Shown here piece by piece: positions 52,416-64,000 of a stretch of DNA of 64,000 nucleotides. The translations under genes and the position numbers were made by a program. The notes under the pieces are model-generated. The model was not told the origin of the DNA, did not search any database, and saw nothing but the letters and a program-made list of their open reading frames with translations. The DNA lies in NCBI RefSeq assembly GCF_006345805.1, contig NC_042997.1:6200001-6264000 (forward strand), given 5' to 3'. Origin of the DNA: Octopus sinensis. Its lineage: Eukaryota. Each line of letters starts with the position of its first letter. Within the stretch, counting starts at the first letter, position 1.

Positions 52416-53276
52416 CCTGTGTCTGTTTGCTGTGGTGGTCTGGTATATAGTGGGTAGTCCCACCTGCGGGCTTGGGTTTGATGAAGCCAGGTCAGCTGCT
52501 GTACAATCTTTTGTGCCATGCACAAAAAAGATTGTTGCTCAGCAGCTGCTCTTTCGACAACATCATGTTGGCTGTTTGTGGCGCGCACAACATCTGCGTA
52601 CCTCTGCTTTGGGGCAGGTGGTGCGTGGTCCATCCCTTTTCTTTGTGTTGATGGTTTGTCCATCTGCCTCGTGTCTCTGTGGCAGGGTCCCCGATGTGCA
52701 AAGCGGCAGCCTGCACCTTCCTTTCCATGCCAGCAGGAACCTCTCAGGTAAAACATACACACCCGTGTGCGCTGTTTGGTTCCATCCTTTGCGGTTCCAC
52801 TTCTTTTCCTGGTTGTTTCACTCTTTGGTCCTGCTTGAGCTTTTTCTTTTCCTTTAGCTCTTCCAGTCCTTCTTTTAGTTCTTCTTCCTCCCTCTACCTC
52901 TTCACCGGGTTCTCCGTCTCCATGGCCCTTGCTGCCGGTTGGAGAACTTGCACCTGGGTTCACTTCCCGGGCAGGTTTCTCATTCAAAACCTCCTCCCGG
53001 GCGTCCACCAGGTGGGGGTGACTTCTTTCATCGTCTCCATTCTTGCCATCTTTGCCCCGCTCGTCTCAAAGATGGCATCAAGTGCGCCAATGTGCGACCG
53101 TACAAGCGCATATGAGCGCACGAATTCCCGTCTCTTCGCTCCATCTGAGCCGCTGTTCTCTTGTAGCCTCTGCTCTTCAGCGCAGCCGCAATCACCTCGC
53201 TAGGGCTATCTCCGCCGGCGCACTCCCATGCTTGTACGAATAAATCCAGCTCGTCAGGTCTCCATGCTCTGGACAT
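52367..53276 (-). pseudogene. LINE ORF1: N-terminal Myb/SANT-like domain, basic linker and CCCH-type zinc finger (two frameshifts)
   Basis: MSRAWRPDELDLFVQAWE...VIAAALKSRGYKRTAAQM then (shifted) ...YALVRSHIGALDAIF. Later CMFYLRGSCWHGKEGAGCRFAH (C-x7-C-x8-C-x3-H). Confidence 0.8.
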
Positions 53277-53334
53277 GCTGGATAATTCGTCTATCCGTTT
53301 ATCTATCTAATTATGTTCGAGAGAAGACAGGAAT

Positions 53335-54360
53335 ATATTAAGGCTAATTAGAAGATAGAGTACTTGAAAAAGAAATATTAACAATATTAAAGTTTGTGTA
53401 AAAACGTTATTTGGGTAAAAACGTTATTTAATCTTAAGGCTAATTAGGGGATAGAGTATCTGAAAATGTATTAGCAATATTAATATTATATTAGAGTGTG
53501 GGTAAAAAAAAAAAAAACCTTATTTAATCTTAAGGCTAATTTGGAGATAGAGTATCTGAAAATATATTAGCAATATTAATATTATATTAGAGTGTGGGTA
53601 ATATTAAACGTTATTTAATTTAATCTTAAGGCTAATGAGAAGACAGAGTATCTGAAAAATTATATATACAATATTAAGCAATATTAGCCGTTATTTAATT
53701 TAATCTTTAGGCTAATTAGACGTTATTAATATTAAACGTTATTTAATTTAATCTTAAGGCTAATTAGAAGATAGAGTATCTGAAAATATATTAGCAATAT
53801 TAATATTATATTAGAGTGTGGGTAAAAACGTTATTTAATCTTACGGCTAATTAGGAGATACAGTATCTGAAAATATATTAGCAATGTTAATATTATATTA
53901 GAGTGTGGGTAATATTAAACGTTATTTAATTTAATCTTAAGGCTAATTAGAAGATAGAGTATCTGAAGAATTATTAACAATATTAAAACAATATTAAACG
54001 TTATTTAATTTAATCTTAAGGCTAATTAACAATAATTATTAACAATATTAAACAATATTAAACGTTATTTAATTTAAGCCTACGGCTAATTAACAATAAT
54101 TATTAACAATATTAAACAATATTAAACTTTATTTAATTTAATCTTAAGGCTAATTAACAATAATTATTAACAATATTAAAACAATATTAAACGTTATTTA
54201 ATTTAATCCTAAGGCTAATTAACAATAATTATTAACAATATTAAACAATATTAAACGTTATTTAATTTAATCCTAAGGCTAATTTGACGGTATCAATATT
54301 AAACGTTATTTAATTTAATCTTAAGGCTAATTAGAAGATAGAGTATCTGGAAAATTATTA
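53335..54360. repeat. AT-rich modular minisatellite (14 units) immediately upstream of LINE ORF1
   Basis: Core aaacgttatttaatttaatcttaaggctaatt recurs 14 times with spacings of about 97,95,96,80,48,87,96,79,64,64,65,64,48 bp. Confidence 0.95.
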
Positions 54361-55453
54361 TATCGAGAACAGATATTGAAAATGTAAACAAACAAAATGA
54401 CGATCGCAACTTTAACTAAGATGTGGGCCTAAGTGAAAGATAAAATAGAATAATAAATAAAATATGAAATAGATGAAATTGATACTTAATCCAACAATGT
54501 GGTCTGGATTATTTTTTTGGGTTTACGGGATTTTTTTCAGGAGATATGCTTCTTTTTTCTTCTTGAATATACCAACACTAGCGCCGCTGAGGGTAATATT
54601 CTCTGGGTACGCACAAAATACCTTTTCAGAGTTATTTGCTTTCAATTGTTACAATCTCATATCTGATTAGCCTGTTATTACGTAACATGCTTCACGATTT
54701 CAGTATACATAACTTATTAGTTTTTCCTCCTAAGTTCTATATACTCTGAGAACGCATTGTAGCTCTTTTCGGGGCTACTAAATTTCCGTTCTTACTATCC
54801 GGTAACTAATATTACGTTATTACATAAGCGACTAGACAATTTCGGTATTCTCTGTAAGTGCACAAAAGCCGTTTACAGGACTACATACTTTGTATTGTTG
54901 TTATTAAATTAGCGAAACAATTATGAGAATGAAAGAACGGGATAAGCCCTACTTTCCAGGGAAATACCAGTTACGTCAGCTAGTACATGCTTACATATGT
55001 ATGTGTGTGTATAAGTATGTATATATATATATATATACATATACATACACACATATACATACATATCTATACATTCATACATATACATGCATACATATAT
55101 ACATATGTGTGTGTGTGTGTGTCTGTGTATTTGTATGTGAATGCGTGATCCAAGCAACAAGGGGTAGGAGGTTAGTAAGATTTCAGCAGTCCGCAGAATG
55201 TATAAAACACATCTTCCAGGAACAATAGCGGTATATTGACGTAAAAGCTTGTAGACTTTTCTCACATGAAATTTCGATAAGCTGACAAATATAGTTTCTT
55301 GTTCACGGTTAGCAGCCCGTATTGCTGTGGATGAAAATAAAATTTCCAAAATAAGCAATGGAATACATAACATCCAGGCTACATTACTTTCATAGGTAGC
55401 AGGCACATATGTAGCCTGGGTTTTAACTCCTCTATTCCTTAATGTTGTGTGTG

Positions 55454-55542
<89 letters not shown>

Positions 55543-55574
55543 ATAATGTAAAATTTGTTAAATATATATTTTCT

Positions 55575-55824
55575 TTATATTGTTTCATTCATTTGGTTAC
55601 GGGCATATTGGAGCTCCGCCTTTAGTCGAGCAAATCGACCCAAGGAGTTATTCTTTGTAAGCCCAGTACTTGTTCTTCGGCTGTTTTTTTGCCGAACAGT
55701 TAACGTACGCGGGTGTAAACACTCGAGCATCGGTTGTCAAGTGATGTTGGGTGGGGGGCAAAAACAGACGCACAAACATACACACACATACGAACATGCA
55801 CATATATATATATAAATGTATGCA

Positions 55825-55864
<40 letters not shown>

Positions 55865-56025
55865 TCGGGGCTTTTTCAGTTTCCGTCTGCGAAATCCACT
55901 CACAAGGCTTTGGTCGGCCCAAGGCTACAGTAGAAGACATTTGCCCAAGGTTCCACGCACTGGGACTGAACACGCAATCATGTGGTTGGTAAACAAGCTA
56001 CTTACCGCACACCCACTTCTGCGCC
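55575..56025 (-). mobile_element. SINE family A, full length
   Basis: Both halves present (ttggagctccgcctttagtcgagcaaatcgacc...; aaatccactcacaaggctttggtcggccc...cttaccgcacacccacttctgcgcc). Confidence 0.9.
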
Positions 56026-56787
56026 TATATATACATATGTATGAAATTTTTTCTATGTTTTTGTCCCCACTATTGCCTGACGAAAGGTTTGATTTCTTTT
56101 CCTCTTCACAACTTAGCAGTCAAGAGAATCCGTAAAAGAACGCAACGTAGAATCTAAATTCTGGAATAAAGATAACTATTAAATGTATGAACACACCACC
56201 TTCTTAATATGCCTTCACCCTTACACATTATTTGACGATGACAATGAACGTGTAAGAGAGGCAACTGTTATATCAGATCTATATCATACAGGTCAATGAA
56301 TTTTATTTCCTTGCCTTATAAGTTACTAGAAATTCCTGCTTCGTGTATTGGTAATGATATATTGAAGTGTGTGCTAAAATGTATGCACTTTATCAGAATT
56401 ACTAGAATAGTGAGCTATACATTTTTGGTTCACAATATATCACTTTCTTATGTAGTTACACTGAAAAACAGAGCAAGCTGCTATTCAGATCATAAGTAGC
56501 ATTTAAATGTAGACCTACATACATACCTACCTACCTACCTACAAACATCCATATATACCTGGATACATACTCTCACCCTACCTACCTATCTACCTACCAA
56601 CCTACGTACCCACCTACCTACCGACTGATCTACAAATATTTCTCTCCCTCACTCTCTCAGTAGATATATGCATGCATTTTTATACATATATGATTCAATA
56701 TACACACACACACACACATATATTATATATATATATATATACATATATATATTATATATATACATATATATATGCGTGTGTGTGTAT

Positions 56788-56832
<45 letters not shown>

Positions 56833-56911
56833 ACACACAACACACACACACACACATATATATATATACATATATAAGCATACTACTTAACTACATATAC
56901 ATAGATAGATA

Positions 56912-56969
<58 letters not shown>

Positions 56970-56989
56970 TACGGATATCTATATACTAT

Positions 56990-57432
56990 TTTTACTCTTT
57001 TACTTGTTTTAGTCATTTGACTGTGGCCATGCTGGGCACCGCCTATAGTCGAGCAAATCGACCCCGGGACTTATTCTTTGTATGCCCAGTACTTATTCCA
57101 TCGGTCTCTGTCGCCGAATCGCTAAGTGACGGGGACGTAAACACACCAGCATCTGTTGTCAAGCAATGCTAGGGGGACAAACACAGACGCACAAACATAT
57201 ACACACACATACATATATATTTATATATATATATATATATACATATATTATATATATATATACATATATACGACAGGCTTCTTTCAGTTTCTGTCTACCA
57301 AATCCACTCACAAGGCATTGGTCGGCCCGAAGCTATAGCAGAAGACACTTGCCCAAGATTCCACACTGTGGGACTGAACCAGGAACCATGTGGTTGGTAA
57401 GCAAGCTACTTAACACACAGCCACTCCTGCGC
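56990..57432 (-). mobile_element. SINE family A, full length
   Basis: agtcatttgactgtggccatgctgggcaccgcc...gggactgaaccaggaaccatgtggttggtaagcaagctacttaacacacagccactcctgcgcc. Confidence 0.92.
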
Positions 57433-57511
57433 CTTTATATATATACATGTATACATATACATGCAGGCATGTTTATGTGTATATGTGTATGTTTGTGTGT
57501 GTGTGTGTGTG

Positions 57512-57870
57512 TGAGGAGCCATGGCCCAGTTGTTAGGCAGTGGATACACAATCATAGGATCGCGGTTTCGATTCCAAGACCTTGCGAGGGGAGTGTTTAT
57601 TGAGCAAAAACTCCTCGAAATTGAAACATGGAGTGGTGGCGAAACCAGCTGTACTCTTTCACCACTATATTTTCATACTCTTTTTCCTGTTCTTGATTTA
57701 CCTGTATTTCAAAAGTCCAGTTTGTCACCCTCTGTGTCACATTGAATTTCCCAGAGAATTACGTTAATTGTACACGTGTCTGTGGAGTGCTCAATCACTT
57801 GCACGTTAATTTCACAAGCTGGCTGTTCCGTCGATCGTATAAACTATAACCTTTGTCGTCGTAACCGATA
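57512..57870 (+). mobile_element. tRNA-derived SINE family C, near full length
   Basis: A box tggcccagttg, B box ggtttcgattcc, 3' motif cacttgcacgttaatttcac...gtcgtcgtaaccga. Confidence 0.75.
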
Positions 57871-57936
57871 GCGTGCAGCGTATATATATATATATATTAT
57901 ATATATATATATATATACATACGTATGAATATATAT

Positions 57937-57981
<45 letters not shown>

Positions 57982-58543
57982 TGTATGTACATATACATAC
58001 ACACATGTATATTTATAAATATATATATACACACAGATAGATAGATAGATAGATAGATAGATAAATGGATAACTAACTAGATAGATAAATATGCATATAT
58101 GTGTCCATGTGTGTTTTCTTGTGCGTATACTTTTATTCATTTCAAATGTGCGACGCTGTAATAAATTGACGTTCTGATAAAAACGTAAATATAAAGATTG
58201 GTGATATCCAAAACGCCCAGCTACTTAGATGAAATTAAATTACCAGCATAGGTTATCCCCTATGCAATTCTATTTTGTCGATATGCAATGCTAAATTACT
58301 TTTCGTATCACGGGCTAGTGCTTTTAATTTGACGTTACTTATGAAGACAAATCACAAATTGTAATATACTACTCAAGAGATATTCTATATATTTATCAGG
58401 TAATAGGTGATATTATGCTGAATGTGATATTGCCTGACAGCTGTAAACATAAAATATTCCAAGAATGTCCAATGTGTTCAAGTTTTGAATATTGTCGTTG
58501 ACATCGTTGTTGTTGTTGCCGTTTTTGTTGTTTGTGTGGTTGA

Positions 58544-58651
58544 TCTTCTTCTTCTTCTTCTTCTTCTTCTTCTTCTTCTTCTTCTTCTTCTTCTTCTTCT
58601 TCTTCTTCTTCTTCTTCTTCTTCTTCTTCTTCTTCTTCTTCTTCTTCTTCT
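58544..58651. repeat. Pure (CTT)n microsatellite (~36 units)
   Basis: Direct inspection. Confidence 0.97.
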
Positions 58652-58894
58652 TTCTTAATATTTATATGATTGTCTATAAATATTTTTTTTTTGATCGACT
58701 GATCATATATATATATATATATATATATACTTGTGATATTTTTCTGTATTTACCTCCAAACCTTCGTGAGCTGTCTGGAGTAAACATTATCTGACAGAAA
58801 TTTTCTTTAAGTAGTAGAAATGGCTAAAAAAATTTTTTTGGCTGCTATTTCTACTAAGTCCAGTATGTGGAAAAGTAATTTATTTTACTAAGCC

Positions 58895-58899
58895 CTAAT

Positions 58900-58949
<50 letters not shown>

Positions 58950-58977
58950 ATATATACATATATATATATACGTATGT

Positions 58978-59012
<35 letters not shown>

Positions 59013-59021
59013 GCGTATGTA

Positions 59022-59063
<42 letters not shown>

Positions 59064-59201
59064 GATATATATATATATGCGTATGTATATATATATATAT
59101 ATATTATATATATATATATATATAAAATCTAATACAACTGCTTGTTTTTCCTTCACCTGTTTTCTTCATTTGCTTTTTTGTCAAAGTGAATAATATATAT
59201 G

Positions 59202-59263
<62 letters not shown>

Positions 59264-59273
59264 TATATATATA

Positions 59274-59359
<86 letters not shown>

Positions 59360-59360
59360 G
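58895..59360. repeat. (TA)n-based microsatellites
   Basis: Direct inspection. Confidence 0.95.
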
Positions 59361-59374
59361 TTAATTGGTTCAGG

Positions 59375-59580
59375 AGTTTAGACTGCAGCCATTCTGAAGC
59401 ACCACCCTAAGTGATTTTAGTCGAACAAATCAACCCCTTAATTTTTGTAAGCGTAGTATTTATCCTATCGGCATTATGTGCCGAAACGCTAAAGTACCCG
59501 GACATAACACGCCAACAACTGTTGTCAGGTGATGATGGGGTGTGATAGGGCACAGGCAGACAACTATATGCATTCAAACA
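59375..59580 (-). mobile_element. SINE family A, 3' half (degenerate)
   Basis: agactgcagccattctgaagcaccacc...gccgaaacgctaaagtacccggacataacacgcc. Confidence 0.7.
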
Positions 59581-59714
59581 TACATACATACATACATACA
59601 TACTCCTCCACATGCCCTCGTCTTGTTTTCTTTTAATTTGAATTATGTATATATATAAAGAGAGAGAAAATGAAAGAAAGAGAGAGAGAGAAATAAAGAA
59701 AGAGATAGAGAAAG

Positions 59715-62385
59715 ATAGTGCGATTGAGTTGGTCAATCTCTGCTTGTGTCCATTTCAGGATGGGTGCACTATAGCGGACTACAGCAACAGCCCCTATGTT
59801 AATGGCAGTCACAAAGTACCTTTTGTTTGAATTGTGCTTTGATTTATAGATACGTTTTTGGCGCTTGAAATACGCAGTGGTGACATTGGCTTTCATTTCT
59901 CTGTGCAAGATATCGTCTAGCTCCACGACCCAAGGTACTTGTACCCATCATCATCCGGATCTTTCTTTCTCAGTCCTTTTGTCAAATTTGTTACCCTATA
60001 ATTTACTCTTTGCCCCTGCTTCAAAGTAAGCGCTGCACACTTCGATATAACGAATTCCGTCCTTATATCCTTGCTGCATATTTGCACACTCTCAGCAAAC
60101 CTCTCCATTTCCGGTTCTATTTTTCCGAACAGTTTTAATTCATTTATGAAGGGAATGTAGTTGAGATGCGGTCTGTTCTTTCATATCTCATAATGCACTT
60201 TGATGTTTACGTACAACTGCAGAAAGTGGGATCAAAGCTATAACAAAATAACAGAGGTGAAGAAGAGTCTCTTTGAAAGATACTGATTTTGAGTGTTACC
60301 TCAGCTAAGAGCTGGTTGTTACAGGAAAAACCCGTTTTCCAATTAAGCATACTGTACTTAATCAGTGCACATTCCACATTTATCGCGTGTTTCCATAAAC
60401 CACGAATGCTACAACATGTCGTAAGACTTTATGAAGACTATCCAGGCCATGCATAAGTTTTTTTTGGTACCGTTTACGCTTCTTCATTATAACCTTGTTT
60501 TTCACAAGGTGGTCCTTGCTCCCCTAGGGTCCATTTCGGGATCCTTTTTGTTCTGCTGACAGAAGACTGTTTTCCGCAAGGAACGTATATATTCTCCCCG
60601 CGAGAGTACCTGTTAATACTTTCCATAGGAGGTTTAGACTAGCAATGGTTCCATAATTACCAACTTCATTGCACTTTGACCGATATTTCGTTAACAACGT
60701 CGTTCTTCACTCTACCATCCACTCCGGTGCTGTGTCGCGCTTAGGCAATTGCTGGCAATTCTCTTGTGTATCGACCTAAACCACTTGAGCCAATAGCATT
60801 GAATTCCGTCCGATCCTGCTGATTTCCTCTTTGCAGCTTTGACATCTGTGGAATGACATCTTCCGTTATTATGCAGACATGGTCCTGTTGTGGAGCCTCT
60901 GAGTGATGACGTTCGGATCTCACGGAATGAATCCAATCAGCACTGTTGTTGTGCGAAACGTCTTATCTCAAATGTTATTCCATAACTGGGGTTTTTTTTC
61001 TGCTTCAGGTGATGTATTATCTTCTATATATCCTCCTAAGACCTTAAAACCTGTCTCTGGCTATTTGAGAATAACCGGTTTTGCGGGAATTCCGATATGC
61101 AATCAGTGTAGCGCTGCACCTTTAATGTATTAGCCCGCATATGTTGTTCTGGGTTTCGATAACAGTTTTGAATCCTTTCTTTTCAATTTGCTACTTCGCG
61201 TCAAGATATGCCCTGGTACATTATTTTTCACTTTTCCTTGGCCCTTTTGACCACTCTTCTATGCGGCTCTGATCTTTACGCAAAGTTAGAATACCGCCTT
61301 CAGTTTTCCGCTTCCACTATGGCTAATTTTCCAACCAGTTCACCTACTAAAATTGAAGCAGATCTGATCAAGTCCTTTGTTTCTGTTAGATATTTTGTCA
61401 GAATATATTTCAGACTCTCATCAACCTTTTGGGTCGCACGTTTCACATTGTTACGGTAGAAGATTCTTAGATTCATCGGCTTGCTTCTGTTCTTGTAATT
61501 CTTATATATCCTGGAGTCTTTTGCAGAGATTATCTGAATCTGACCTCATTAAGAAAGCCTCTATTACGAATTATTCTTATCTGATTCATGAGTCCATTTT
61601 CAGTAATCTGCAACATACTCGACTAGTTCCAAGGTTCTAATGAGCTTTTCCGACAGCTTTACATTTGCCATTCTTCTTTTGTAGCAAGGCTTGATTATGG
61701 CACTGGATCGACTTATGGTTCATATCAACGAGCTTTTGGCATAATTCGAGCAGTACAAGGACTGTGTCTTGTAGTATGGCTAGAAGTTCTTGGATTACGA
61801 CCGGGCCCACCCTGTTCAGCAGTGGGGTACCTGCCATGAGCGGCACTTTCGCCATTGGTTCTAGTCCCGTTCATATCGATATTGTTATCTATTTTGCTTG
61901 GCATTTTCACTCAAACATGAGGTGTTATATTAGGATAATACAGACCAATATTATCATCGACACATCCTCTCTATAAAGGTAATCAGCCAAGGCAGCAGGG
62001 TCCTTGCTTCCCTGGTTTTGGGCTTGGAGTGTTCCTTCTAGTTTGCCTGCCACTTAAGTCTTTACTAGTACAGCCTACCCGGAGCACTGGTTATTTGGAA
62101 GCGCCAAATACTCAACTGTTCCCAAACTTCTGTTGGTTTCGCGAAAGATTTGGGCTTGCCCAGCGTGACTAAGGAGTCCTATCTACACCGGTTTTGAAAT
62201 CAGAGTATTCCTTCTCCTAGACAGACTGCCAACCAAGGCTCCTGAGTTCTCTCTACCCGTTTTGCGAATGGCCATTGACTATTTAAATTTCCTCTGCCCT
62301 TTGCCGGGTTTTGCCTTATCCCCCAGTGCGTCGAAATTCCACACTTTCACCAAGCAAGCTTAGTGGGTGGGGCTGCCGGTTAAGT
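59715..62385 (-). mobile_element. R4/Dong-clade non-LTR retrotransposon, 5' UTR through RT, 3' part lost, decayed
   Basis: Minus-strand fragments: KRKSAGSDGIQCYWLK, EQKG, MAWIV..KSYDM, FSKDI-like ICSKDIRTEFVISKCA, YKYLG, AINIGAVAVVRYSAPILKWTQAEIDQL. (TAA)n tract at the 5' flank (62395-62515). Confidence 0.88.
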
Positions 62386-62394
62386 TATCATCAA

Positions 62395-62436
62395 ATAATA
62401 TTATTATTATTTGATGATAATAATAATAACGCCGCG

Positions 62437-62515
<79 letters not shown>
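62395..62515. repeat. (AAT)n/(ATT)n microsatellite
   Basis: Direct inspection. Confidence 0.95.
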
Positions 62516-62516
<1 letters not shown>

Positions 62517-64000
62517 CTTATGCTTTCGCTTTGTATTTGTAAAAGTTGACTCCATGCCTCACGTAGAGACCCCAAGAGAAAATAAATTAGTAGTTCAAGC
62601 TGGTGTTATGACTAAAATACCATTTTTTTGTTTGATTTTGTAAAGATTATTTTTCTACAGAATAATTATCAGAACGTAAGAAGATTAGAAGATTGTTTTA
62701 ATTAAAAGAACTTTAGTGAAAGATGATAGTGTGATATTAAGATGAGAGTAGAATCTGGTTGCTATTATATACATTTAAAAGTACTTTTGAGTATGTTTAC
62801 AAATTTAAATGTTTTCGGAATTATATCGACAATATTTCTCTTCGGATATGAGCAGTTTCCATGAGCACTATTTCTGTAGTATTATTTTTGTTGTTGTTGT
62901 TGTGTTTTTTGTTGTTATTATTATTGGTGTAATTAAAGAGGCGAGTTGGCGCAATCATCAACTCTGGACATCGGTCTCTTCTCACAAGAAAATTCCAAAC
63001 AGCATAAATTCAATTTCATACGTGAATCGACAGATTCTAAAATAATGAACTTCCACAAATCGAACAGAATTGTGAGAGCAATAAATATATAAAGACTCCA
63101 GTTTCAACTAAAACCTCTGCAAAGATTGACACAAAAGATATGCGAGTCCGTAAAATGTACACATTTAAAAAAAAAAAAATTATACTGTCACAATATGAAT
63201 GTATATACTTATTAGGAGCGAAAGCTATCGATATTCTTAAAAATGGGATAAAGAACAAAAATACAAAAAGAATATGGGCTAACAGGAAACCTAGCACAAA
63301 GAGTAGATTGCAATCAGGTAAAATAGAAATAGTTGTAAAATTAAACTTTAAAATGTTGAGAAACAATCCACAGAACCTAGCATATGTCAAACAAACGAAC
63401 AGGATAAGATCGTGCAAAAATGTTAAAATTCAGCATATTTACAAAATATTAAATTAAGTGAAATCAAAAACATTACCTCAAATACGAATAACTAGAATGT
63501 GAAAGTTCAAAATTATAAAGAAATAAACTGTGTGTATGATAGCAGCATAACAGGAGAATATTTATCTCAGAGCAATACAAAATGTACCGATGTGACAAGA
63601 CCTTTCTAATTAAAAACCTGAAAATAAAAATACTGTAACTATATATATATATATATATATACGTTAAACTGATACCGTATTCATAACGAAGCGTATGCGA
63701 ACCGAAATATCATTAGGATGCAGGAAATAATATATTCTTCAGGCACTATAATTACAATAGTGAGAAGTATGATATGATACAATCTCACTGCTAATTATTC
63801 ATTAATATTGAATTCCTATGAAATAGCACAAAGATACAAAAATAAACTGTATCTCAAACAAAGCATCTCTAAAAAATTGAAAGACACATCAAATAAAGTT
63901 TTAAAAAAAAGCAACAGCACGAAATCAAAGAAAACTTCCCTTAGACGCTGCATTTGATGCTTTGAAGGAGAAGATGCGATTGTTGAGCATAATGTAATTT

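Larger units (their letters stand above)
49330..54410 (-). mobile_element. Near full-length CR1/L2-group LINE
   Basis: ORF1 plus APE-RT ORF2 with only a few frameshifts/stops, 3' UTR ending in a stem-loop and (ATCA)n, 5' region carrying a tandem array. No TSD seen. Confidence 0.93.

Noticed and set aside
52679-53243. Plus-strand ORFs antisense to LINE ORF1/ORF2
   Set aside because: Shadow ORFs of GC-rich coding sequence on the opposite strand.
53335-54360. Regularly spaced repeats as a CRISPR array
   Set aside because: Spacers are not unique but related AT-rich modules, the context is eukaryotic, and no cas genes are present.
49310-54430. Target-site duplication around the LINE
   Set aside because: The flanks (ggttagtgagttt versus aactttaactaag) do not match. 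Absence is common for this group, so the 5' boundary remains approximate.
55268-55330. Candidate 59-nt minus-strand exon (ttttattttcatccacag ... gtgaga)
   Set aside because: The splice-like signals are plausible but there is no protein similarity or partner exons, so it cannot be supported without RNA data.
62280-62390. HDV-like ribozyme at the 5' end of the R4 element
   Set aside because: Known for some R2/R4/RTE elements, but I could not assemble P1-P4 with the L3 and J4/2 consensus by eye.

Overview
AT-rich, repeat-saturated eukaryotic DNA with no confidently recognisable host gene, rRNA, true tRNA or CRISPR array. The repeat families and the extreme (TA)n/(CA)n/(GATA)n load resemble an octopus/cephalopod genome (inference from recalled repeat families, not verified). 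Best-supported content: (i) one near-intact ~5 kb CR1/L2-group LINE on the minus strand (~49.33-54.41 kb) with a Myb/SANT-like + CCCH ORF1, an APE-RT ORF2, a modular minisatellite just upstream of ORF1, and a 3' stem-loop tail shared with the dominant tRNA-derived SINE; (ii) two decayed R4/Dong-type (RLE) LINEs abutting (TAA)n tracts; (iii) several Penelope-like element (PLE) remnants; (iv) three tRNA-derived SINE families; (v) many fold-back inverted repeats; (vi) at least six unrelated small repeat families carrying hammerhead-ribozyme (HHR)-like motifs. The most interesting HHR candidates are a 362-nt tandem unit with a compensatory U3:A8 core, a tRNA-headed (Pol III) element with an HHR tail, and a motif whose three strands occur in a permuted, pseudoknot-like order. 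All folds and translations were done by eye, and element boundaries are approximate.
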